A stretch of DNA of 64,000 nt. Origin: Octopus vulgaris. Lineage: Eukaryota. The position numbers were made by a program, and so were the translations under genes. The stretch covers positions 45,074,001 through 45,138,000 of the forward strand of contig OX597824.1 in NCBI GenBank assembly GCA_951406725.2. The letters run 5' to 3'. Below are positions 40,901 to 52,900 of this stretch, piece after piece; positions within the stretch are counted from its first letter, which is position 1, and every line of letters starts with the position of its first letter. Under the pieces are notes generated by a model, which was given only the letters and a program-made list of their open reading frames with translations, did not search any database and was not told where the DNA came from.

Positions 40901-43900
40901 GGCTGTGTGGTAAGTAGCTTGCTAACCAACCACATGGTTCCGGGTTCAGTCCCACTGCGTGGCACCTTGGGCAAGTGTCTTCTACTATAGCCTCGGGCCG
41001 ACCAAAGCCTTGTGAGTGGATTTGGTAGATGGAAACTGAAAGAAGCCCGTCGTATATATGTATATATACATATGTGTGTTTGTGTGTCTGTGTTTGTCCC
41101 CCTAGCATTGCTTGACAACCGATGCTGGTGTGTTTATGTCCCCGTAACTTAGCGGTTCGGCAAAACAGCCCGATAGAATAAGTACTGGGCTTACAAAGAA
41201 TAAGTGCCGGGGTCGAGTTGCTCGATTAAAGGTGGTGCTCCAGCATGGCCGCAGTCAAATGACTGAAACAAGTAAAAGAGTAAAAGAGTAACATTTTAGA
41301 ACACTTACTACTTTGAATACACTATACATGTGATAGCTAAAAAATATGCATTTTTACAAAGGATAAAGTTGTACTAAGCTTGAACTAGCAACTTTCAGTT
41401 TTATATTTTACTGAACATGAGTGTAATACTTACTATAGATATTGAAATGTTTTCTAACGCCTTAGTCTACCTGGTTGACAGTTTCCACTGTTTAACAGTT
41501 GAACAGTTGGTAGTTAGAACTTCTACTGCAAGAATACTACAACAGTTTACTGAATCACTAATCTGAGAGATTTGGACTCCTGATTAAAGAATATGGACAC
41601 CGTGCTCTTGGAAGAAACGCATTGTTTCTACTGTTTCAACTAGAATTCTTTAAAAATTAATATCAAATACTATGACTGAGTTTAATGTAATAATTGTACA
41701 TGTTCATCATGAGTTTACTTTTACCTGCAAACATACCTTAGACAAGGCACATAAACCAACTAAAGTCTAAATGATAACAGGTACAACTTGTAGTTTAAAA
41801 TTGTATTGTTAGCAATAGAAAGGAGAGCTGACAATAAGCAACGGTCCACAAATTTCAAAAATTTGTAACTTAATTTTGCATGAAAATATAGTTATAAAAC
41901 AGTAAAAGGAAATAAAATATATCATTTGTCTGACATGTTTAAAGAATGCTAAGATGTTGAGTTTAAACTCAATGCTTGACCTAGCATTGTGTCCTGGACT
42001 TGATGCTACCTTCAGTTGTTTACTTTGATGAAAACTAGATTCTACTCCATAAAAGAATGGCTGGCAATTGTTACTAAACAAATATTAATTTGAAAAATAA
42101 TCATGTACTAATGCTTGAAACAAAAATATTGTGCTGCACTGTTCAAATTACCATATTTTAGAGGTGAACAGATGTAAATGGATTTAAATAAAGGAATTAA
42201 TAATATAGAACAAATTTTTTCTGAAGACATTTCATGTGGCTGCACTGCTACATCCTATTGTATAATGTACCTTTTTTGTAACAACTTGACTGTGAAATTA
42301 ATTTTAAAAATGCCTTTCTAAGTCTTACAGCTTCTCATAACATTATTCAATAAACTGAATACATGTGTTGAATACTAAATTTGTAAGTCCCAAATTTTAG
42401 CTATTGATCTATTTTATTATGTGTATGGGGATTCTTTTATAAAAATGGTCTATTGTATAATTGTTAGTGTGCTTAGCAAGTCAAGCAGGGACCTTATAGA
42501 ATCAATAAGTGTTAAAGAAGCAGCTAGGTGAATTAGAATCTAGCATTTGCATAAACTGTCATGTCTGAAGTATTTATAGATTTATATTCTTTACTCTCTC
42601 TCTCTCTCTCTCCCCTCTCCTTATTTCTCTCGCTGAGTGTTTGTTTGTGTGTGTGTGTGTGTGTGTGCGTGCACGCATGCATGCAGAGACTGAAGATTGT
42701 TTTGATCATGAGGCCAGTGAGGCAATAGGCTGGTATCCAACTGACTTGACCAGCAGTGATTCCTTGAGTGTGTTTGTGTGTATGATAGTATGTTTGTTGG
42801 AACAGCCAATGTAAATTAAGAACTAAATACCAAGTTAGGACATTGAGTATAAGATATTTATACAACTGAAATATGTTAAATACTGACTTAAGTTTCTTGT
42901 GACTGATTGCAGTGATAAAAGAAATGAATCAAATATTCATTGTGTATGTGTGTATGGATGCAGTATGGTCAACTGGTTATGAAGTTCATTTCACAATCCT
43001 GTGATCTCAGGTTCAATCTCATTATATGGTATATTGGATAAGATAATATAGCTTTATGAATGAAATTGGGAAGATAGAAACTGCATGGAAATCTATCAAA
43101 TGGATTGTATTAATGGTTTAAAAGTTGAATCTTGTCACACTGTATCATACTGAATCCATCTAAGAATTATACTCAGTCACTTAATCAATCAGCAAAAAGT
43201 TCAGATAATCAAACAAATGAATACTCATTGTGAAAACTAATGTAGATCCATATTATATATTTGGGTAGTAGCATGACATCAGTGAAGTAATAATACAAAT
43301 AAGTACAAAAAAAAAAAGTATGGAGGGCACATTTATCATGTTTTTGAAGTATTTTGAATAAAAACTGTTGCTTGGGTTTTTGATAATTGGATTATTAGAA
43401 AATATATCAACTAACACTTAAGAGAAAATTTTAAATGTTATATCTTTTATAAAGATATAGCTTAAATAATCAAATGATGATGTCTTCATCGTTGTTGTTT
43501 TAATGTCCGCCTCCCCATGCTTGTATGGGTCAGACAGTATTCATTGAGGCACACTTTCTATGGCCAGATGCTCTTTCTGTCACCAACCCTCACTTGTTTC
43601 CAATAAGGTAATAATTCCCTAGGAATAATCCCAATGAGACTTGGAGGAGCACAGTAGAATTGGATTAAAAACTAAATGTATTCCATTAAAGGTGTCTCAA
43701 AAGGATGCTGAGAGTCAAATTGTAGGAGCATGTCACACATGAGATCTGAGAAGAGTGAGTTAACAACCACTACAAGAGATTGTAGCAGAGTGCTAATTAT
43801 GTCTGGTTGACTACATTCTCTGTTTAACTGATCAACAGCACTCAAAAACAGTCAATACTTGGGTACCACCTGAAAACAAGCATAAAATAGGTCAGCCAAA

Positions 43901-46900
43901 GATTACTTTTCAAGATGACCTAAAGACAGTCCCCATTACCTGAAATGGATGGGTAAGTGTAGCAATTGACTAACTCAGGTAGGGGAAACTTGCCACCCAA
44001 TGCAGCAAGTTTCTCCCTTGATTGTCTTTCTCCCTTGATTGTCTTTACTGTCTTAAGACCCATTTTGGCCATGTGTTGAATTTTCACTTTGAAAATTCAT
44101 ATTTATAAGAACTATGTGAAAGAGAATGAGCTCACAAGTACATTTGTACTTGTGAGCATACATTTGTATTGCAATAACTTTCATGGTAATGTATATTTGA
44201 ACATTTGCATCAACTTTTGTATGTTCTTTCTAAACTGTGTATGATTTCTCTTTTTCAATAGAAATCATTATTGATTTGAACATATGTTACTCATACTAAC
44301 ATTTATCAATCCATAGAGATTAAATCAAGCTGAAAATAATTTTAACTCAGAAATGTAATTCTCTAAACTAGACAGCATAAAGCATCAAATATATTTCTTT
44401 ATGGAATTTGGGCCAATTCTAGATGTGGAATATATACAATTGGTAATAAATCTCAAATTACATAGTATTTTATTTAACTCATCTTAATTTTGTTACAGGC
44501 TGTCAAGGTGGAAAGTTATGAAAATGAAATCTTAAAATACAAGGAAAAGCTCAACGAGTTGGAGTTCTGCAGATCTAGAATTGATGTGAGTATAATTATA
44601 TCTATTGTTCTAAAAACTGTAAGCAAAATATCTTTTCAATTGGAGAATAAGAATATTGTTATAAAAATATAACTCAGCATAATTTCAAGATTGTTTTCTT
44701 ATCTGTAACTAAGTTTTCAGTATCTTGTAGCAAGCAATGATTCAGGTTTAATATTAGACTTGGAGTTTAATATTAGACTTGGAGTTTAAAGTTAACATTG
44801 TAAGTACTACTGCCAACTACTGCACTAAGTGATTTTTATCTATGGTGTAAAATCCCAAGTAGGTTTGCTGCCATAATATCATAAAGTAGACTTTGCAAAT
44901 TAACCTTATCTCCACTCCAAAATGTAACCCACATTAAGTCATGGAATCTAAACTTCACAGGCAGGCTGAACATTTTTTTAAAAAAGTCCTTGCTTTATTA
45001 ATTTTAATTTTTCAGTAATATTGCCTTATTAATAATTAGCAAAATGTTCTTTGTTTTTTCTTTGCAAAAGATGAGCATATAGATGATTGGCTGAACTTTA
45101 GTATATTACTTGTGCAAATTTTTACTTAGTTCTAAAGAGATGACAAATAAAAATCATTCTTCTGCATTAAAATCCAGATACATTAAAAATCCACAATTCA
45201 GTAAATATGAAACACATCTACAAAACTGTAAATAATAAAGCAGGAATAGTTTCCAACTGTGATACAAAGAAAGCATACCATGAGCTAATGAAGGTGCATC
45301 TGCATGATTGCTCAACCCACTAGAAATAGCAACCAAATTACAATCACATGGTTGTCTTTGAAAAATAAACACATTGGATAAAGATGTATAAAAAAAACAA
45401 AGAGATGGGATGATTACAGCTTAAATGACTTAACTATATGATCTTCATGCTGCAGGCATTCTTAAGACATTTTCCAATATTGCTCAATGAGTGAAAACTC
45501 TTCATGTAAAAACTATAACTTCTCAGTTGTTCTGTGATCTGGTAATTGATTCTGCTGTCTATACTTTGCTAAGGATATTCACCAAGTATCAGATTTACAT
45601 ACCCACTGCATATCTTCATTTAATTTCCAATCTCTTTCAAATTTGGAGTCTTCCTCTCCTTTGCCTTTCTTGCTGAAAATTGACTTTTCATTATGGATTT
45701 CATTTCAGTTGATTAAAACTCCTTTAAACTCACTGCAAAAAGTATGTTAGGCCACATGGCAACATTTATCTATTAATAAATTCAATAACTACATCCTAAG
45801 TGAAATTTAATTTTTTTTTTTGTTAAAAACTTTTTCTCACAAACTCTTTTTCTGGATGATATCATCAGAAAGGATCATATCTTTTTAAAATGATGTGAAC
45901 ACGCATATATATACATCCACCCACACCCATGCACACATTTAGGCTGTACTACACCACTTTTGAAAATGATCTGTTCCAACCACTCCTCTTCTTTTCATGA
46001 ACTCTCCTTTCTATCCACAAAAGATACCCCTTTCTCCACTAAACTTTAAATGTGTTTCTTCATTGTGAGAGCTTTCACTTGATTTGGAGGGTAATACTGA
46101 AACATTCTCATCATCAAATGATGATGATGATGAGAATGTTTCAGCATTACCCTCCAATTTTTACAACTCTATGTTAATGAAACTTATTTAACCATCTATT
46201 CTGTTTCCATTGACCACAAACAGCTTCTGTGCTGTGTATCTCTTCCTCAAACACATTAATGAAAACAATTCCTCTTTATGATCTTTTTTTTTTTTTGAAA
46301 TTTTTGTCCACATTCCTCAAATATTATAGTAACCATTCAGACTTTAAGTTAAATTATTTCTTTTATCAATCTGTTTTAATGATTCTATTTTATTTTACTT
46401 TTAGGAACTTAAGGAAGATAACAGAATTTTGGTGGAAACTCGTTCTATGCTTGAGGAACAAATAAGCAACACACACAAACGTATGGATGCTGTGAAAGAA
46501 TTAGAAAGGGACTTGATGAAGTGTAAAAATCAAATGCAAGAGCTGACTCTGGTCAGTATGATAATAAAGTTTGTTATAGCATTTTAAATCAGAGTGGTAA
46601 ATGTCAGGTTAAATGCAGTAAAATCACCAGTTTTACTAGCTTCAGTGCCATCATTTTGAATTCCTTATTAATCTCTTTCTTAGTTGAAGCCAGTTGACTT
46701 CCATCAAGAAGTAGAAAAGTATATTCAAACCATGCCAGCCTTTTATCTTGTGAACAAGCTTATTGCTGCAATAATTAAATCTGTAACCAGGAAAAAATGT
46801 TGGCATTTTAATTGTAGGTTATTATTTTTTCCAAAATTAAAGTATACTCTGACATAAATGTACTTAAGAAAAGGTGATTCTTTTTCATGTTTACATGCAT

Positions 46901-49900
46901 TGAAAGAAGCTTCTCCAGCACAAAGTATTGCCACTTATTGCAGTCTGCTGTGGGATTTAAGTGTCTGAGATCAGCCATTACCACTTATTCTTCAGCCTTT
47001 GTTCTCCACAAGTTCCTCTCACATTGTTTGTTTGATACATCTTTACTCAACTGCCATACTGCTTATGTATCGCATGTCCATGCCAGTACTGTTGGACAGT
47101 CTCCTCTCTTGCATGATTCCTCTTATATCCAATTTTTCTCTCAGCTCATTCTGCTTCATTGTTCGTGCCCATTACTGTTGCATATCCAGCAGAGCACACT
47201 CACATTTCTTTCTAGCCTTTGCACATCCTCTGCGTTCAGAGTCCATGTTTTACTACAATTAGTATTGTACTTCAAACTCAAGTGTCATAGAATCTGTCCT
47301 TCACTTGAAGAAATTCCTTTATTGCAAACATATGATAGCCCCCTAAATTATTTTAATCCTGTTTTTACTCCGCTTACTCTGCTTTCAGAGCATCCACTGG
47401 CACTAATAATTAGGTCACCAAGGTAAAGAAGCTATGAACTACTTCTAAGAAGCTTTAAGGCATTTTACATAATTTGTTTCACAGTTGTTCATCCTACTAA
47501 TTTACTCTGGTACATCTGTTAGATATGAAGTCTCTCTTTCCTGTCACACTGTCTATGATCCTATTACATCTTTTGTGCACCCATAATATATACTGGATTT
47601 ATAATATCCAATTCCTTCATATTCTTTTCTGAATATCAAGCAACACTATTTTCCAGAATGCAATGTTAGATACTCTCTTGGTCGGTCTTTTATTTTTGCT
47701 ATCTGGTTGTAGGCTCTGCTGCCATGTCTGGAACTTTCCTTTCAATTCTTTGACTGATTCAACTATGTGAACCAGGTTATCATCCTATAGGCATTCCCAT
47801 GGACAGCCAGTCTTCAAATATTCTGTAATAATTAAGAGGACTTTAATAAACAGTAAGTGGCTGATAAACATGTCCTGATAAACACCTACCTGTAGGCTAA
47901 ATTTCTTACTGAACTTGTTTCTGATTTTGACTTTGTTGTCAATGTATATGGCTCTTACAAGCCATTTATCAACACTTAGTTTTCTTAGTGATCACCAAAC
48001 TATAGACCATAGGACCCTGTCAAAGGCCTTCTCTTGTAGTTGTCTCAAGAAAAAGAGTGCATTCCTTTTTCCTTGTCCTTACACAAACTCTAACTGTATT
48101 TTATTTAACTAATTTTCTTCTTAATTGCTTGTGCAATGCTTGGTTTCCATTGGTGAAGAAATTTTCATCCTGTTGATCAAAAAAGTCAACTACAGCAGAT
48201 ATATTGTTATCATCACCACAATACTAGTTTCCAGCCAAGTGTTTTTTCATGTTAGGGAACAGATGATAGTTAGAAGGGGCCAAATCAGGAGAATAAGGCT
48301 GTTGATCAACCAGTTCACAGCCACAGATAACAGCCATTGAAAGCAAGGACATGTGTGCTGGAGCATTGTCTTGTTGAAACAAGACCCCTTTTGTCAGTTT
48401 TCCTGGGCTTTTGGTCTTGATAACCTTTCATAACTGCCTCAGCAAGTTGGCGTAGTACCCTCCATCGACAGTGTGGCTATTTTGAACATAGTCAATAAAC
48501 ACAGTGCCTTTTGCATCCCAAAAACCTGAGGCTATCACCTTCCCTCCAAATAAAACGACCTTGGTCTTCTTTTGGAGCAGGTGAGGAGGGGTGTTTCTAT
48601 TGCATGGATTGTCTCGTTGTCTTTGGCTCAAAGTGATGAAGCCAGCATTCATTCTGGATTAGAAAATGTTCAAGGAAACCAGCTGGATCTACCTCAAACA
48701 ATGTCAGATTTTCCCATGATGTGATCAGCCTGACGTGCATTTCATCAGGTACCAGAAGACGTGGCACCGACTTAGCAGAAACCTTCATGCCATGTTCATT
48801 GTGCAGAATATTCTCAACTCTCTCACAAGATATACTAATAGCATTGGCTTTTTGATTTATAGTAAGTTGCCTGTCATCCATCATTATGTGGTGAACATAA
48901 CATTTTCCTCAGTGGTGGCAGTTTCAGGATGCCCAGACCTTAGGTCATATTCAGACTCTTTCTTCCCCTCCTAAATTCAGCTACCCACTTTTCCACTGTT
49001 GATAAAATTGAAGTGTCATCCCCTAATTTTGCAATTATGTCAGTATGAATGTCCTTGGGGGATAAACCCTTTTCCTCCAAGTACTTGATAACACTATGAT
49101 GCCAAATTTAGTCAATTTTAAAGAGAAGTTACTACTAGTTATTTTTGAAGTTTTCTTTGAACAATCAGATATCAGTTTACCTCAAAAGAAATGATGTAGT
49201 TATTAATAAGAAGAGTTGAATAAATGCATGCAAGATTTCAGAGCTCTAACATCACTTTTTTATAGTCAGCCTATGAACTTTTCAACTCACCCTGCTATAT
49301 AACCAGAAAAAAAATTTATAAAATGATCTCAACTTTACAGTTACAGTTGTTAGTTGGCATGTGTTGACTCTCTTTGAATAGTTATACAATATTCTAGCCT
49401 GTGGCCATTATTGCTTCATTAAAGAGTTTTCCTTGAAATAGGTTTGGCTGCTAATTTATGTAGGTCAACCTACATAGAAGCACCCCCACCTCCACTGCAA
49501 TTAAATCAATTCCTGTTTAATATTTACTATATGTAAGGTGGTGAGCTGGCTGAATCATCATTGTGCTGGAAAAAATGCTTAGTGGCCTTTCTTCTGACTT
49601 TATGTCCTGAATTCAAATGCTACTGACTTTGCTTTTCATCCTTTTGGGATTGATAAAATGAGTACCAGTTGAACATTGGAGTTGATGTAATCAACTTATC
49701 CCTTCCCTTGAAATTGTTGGCCCTGTATGCAGATCTGTCATTTTTTACCTGTTAAAATGGAGACACTTTTTGAAGATCTCGCTTAATTATAATAGCAGCT
49801 CAAACTGCATGTGGTGAGATGTTGCATTTCTTATTGCTTTCTTTACACTACTTTATCAGCCTTGTTTTTCAAATAAGATTTTTATAAGAAACTTATTACA

Positions 49901-52900
49901 TACAACTGCTCAGTTTCTTCATTTCTAAAATATAATTTGTTTGGTATTATTAAAATAATGATATGATAGTAATAATATCAATGTAGTAGTATGAAATAGT
50001 AAAAAAATTGCTAGCATTCTTCTTGCTATATTATACCAAATAAGTGTTTATCAACTAAAAATCTATCTTAATAAAATGAATACAGAGGTAATTATTCAAA
50101 TTGAATTTAAAAGTTATATTTATACCTACTTGTAAAGGAAAACATGTCATTATAGGTATTAATATAACTTTTAAATTCAGTTTGAAAAAGTACCCCTGTA
50201 TTCATTCTGTCAAGATCTTATGTACTTCAGTTCAGAAGAGTGAAGAGATCTTGATATTTCAAATAAAGTGACTTCTATTCTTTAGAGTCTCTAGGTAATT
50301 TAAAAAATATTATTTTGAAGTGGTAGAAAATCTTACTAATAATAAAAATTCTAATTCACTTTAGTAATTTAAATTGCTAATTTTTTTACAATAATGTTTT
50401 CAGAGAATTCATAATTCAACATTTTTATAACCTTACATTTTTAGGAACTTGATACTGAAAAAGAGAAGGTACGGGTATTAACGGAAGAAAATGCCTTGTT
50501 AGAATTTGAGAAAAAAAATCGACTACAACAAAACACTACTCTCGAGAAGGAACTTGAAGAAGCACACTCAAGGACTTCTGGTGGGAATAAAATAATTTAC
50601 ATTTCTATAATTATTATATTTTTTATCCCTGTGAGTATAGACTGAGTGGTGTACAAGCAATATATGTGTATATTTGTATGAATTGATCGAGGAAGTGTTT
50701 TTGTTTACACTTGGACGCTTTTGGTATTTCTAATCATTCAACTGTGAGACATGAAAGTGATATCTATCTTTCTGTTCAAGTATACCAAGTCAAAACAAAA
50801 TACTTCAAAATATAGTACTAAGTGGTGGACTAAATTACATGACTTTGGATTAGAGGGATCGCTAGTATTATTTTACCTAAAAGTCACTATGGTGGTTGTG
50901 TTTTGTCACGCTTATATGTTGAATAAATCAAACTATTTATTATCATTTCCTCATATCCAAAACTGGTTGTGTAGTTTTCCTTTGTTAGCTATTACTAGCT
51001 TTTTTTATTACTTTTTCCCATGTCCTCTTTATTTTAAATTTACCTTGACAATCAAATATCACATGTATTAAGTATTTCATTTCTCTTCTTCCATTCTCTT
51101 TCACATAACCATAGATCTTACTCAATGTGTATAGGTGTGCATATATATATATTTAAAAATAGTAATTCTCTTAGTTTATTTGTATACATTTCAGTCTTCA
51201 TATTGTTAAATATTGTGTATTATTGAGATTTTCTGTTCCACTCCCCATAGAGTCAGTTTTCTGTTTCCTCACCTTATGCAGAGGAAGAAAATATTTTCAT
51301 TATATAATGTTTAAAATATTTCTCAGTATTTATAGAACTCTTACACATACTATTGCTTTTACTTATCTTTGATTGTGATAGTATCAGGTTATTATTGTTT
51401 TTTTATACACCTATGTTGAACAAACTGGTCATTTACTTCAGGTACAATAGAGTATCACTGGCTAAATAAGTATACAACAGTAAACTTTAATGTTATTAAT
51501 TCTAGAAAGTAATAAAAACTTGAGTTCAATCCTTTAATAGAATTATAAACCTTATTGATCTAATATATTGTTTTCCAACTTTTACTTTTCTTTAGGCATT
51601 AGTCTGTCTGACCAGCTGAATGAAACTTCAAATGCCAAAGTTCTTCGACTAGAATTAGAAAATCAGTTACTTCAGCAAAAGATCGAAGAACTGAGAGAAA
51701 ATTCTTTATTAGAATGTAGTGCTCTAAATTTGGAACAAGAGAAAGAGAATAAGAGACTTTCTAAAAAAGTTGAATCTTTGCAAGGAGAGATGAAGTCACA
51801 ATCAGAGAGGTGTATAGAGCTAGAACAGAAAACAAAAGAATTTGCTGATGAGAAGGAGAAACTTTTGCTTATGATTGAAACTGTCAAAGAAAATACTGAA
51901 AGACAGCTGAATGAGGTTAAAAGAGAAAAAGAACATTTAGCTGAAACAATATCTTCACTGCGTGAGAGAAATGAAAAATCAAATGATAGCAGAGTGAAGG
52001 AACTTGAAAAAGAAAATAAAAATCTCCATGACAAAGTTTCAGAAACTGCTGCCAAAATTTCAAAATTAGACTTTGAATATCAACAGCTTCAAAGGGCTAA
52101 TGACAAAATGAAAGCCAACTGTGAAAGACTGAATGAGCTTGAACATTCCAACACTAGTTTAGAGCGTATAAATTCTGACTTGAAGAATGCAGTCAGCACT
52201 CTAAAGCTTGCCTGTGATAAATATAAAACTACAGAAGAGGATAACTCTCGCTTAGAAATAGAAAACAAAAAACTGAACAAAACTATTGAAAGTCTTCAGT
52301 TATCTTTATCTAAGCAAGAAATGCTTATTGAAGAACACATTTCGTTAACTTTAGAAAACCAGAAACTACAAAAGACTCTAGAGTCATTAAAAGGTGCAAC
52401 AGACAAAGTTCTAGAATTGGATAATGAGAAAGATGAACTAAATCGGGAAATTCAGCAATTAAAGAAAACCATTGAGTCTCAGCGAATTGAACGGGTCAAA
52501 TATGAACAGATGGAAATGGATGTATTAGATATGGACAATGAGAACCAGAAGCTTCAGAAAACGTTAGAGATGACCACCCGGCGTTTGCAACAGTTGGAGA
52601 AGGACAACAATGACTTGGAAGTTGAAAATGAAAAACTGCAAATTTCCATTGAGAGTTTGAAACTTTCCTGTAAGAAACTGGAAAACAAAGAAGAAGAAAA
52701 TAAAGAGTTGGATAATGAGATAATTAAATTAAACAAGGACAAATCAACCCTTGAGAAAGAAAATAAAAAGCTCAAACATGTTCTAGAAGCTACTGGAGCT
52801 CACTTGGACGAAATCACCTCAAAGCATAATATTCTTGAGAAAGACTATAAAGCTTTAAAAAAGACCCTTGATAAAAACAAAGATGTTAATGAGCGGATAC

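Noticed and set aside
40895-40970. tRNA gene
   Set aside because: A/B-box-like motifs continue straight into a multi-copy SINE body; no acceptor stem or poly-T terminator.
42680-42780. Possible C/D snoRNA or conserved element in a GC-richer patch
   Set aside because: Only a degenerate C-box (tgatca) and a ctga; no terminal stem or recognisable guide.
46887-47426. 179-aa plus-strand ORF
   Set aside because: Antisense to a decayed RTE fragment; no recognisable domain or splice context.
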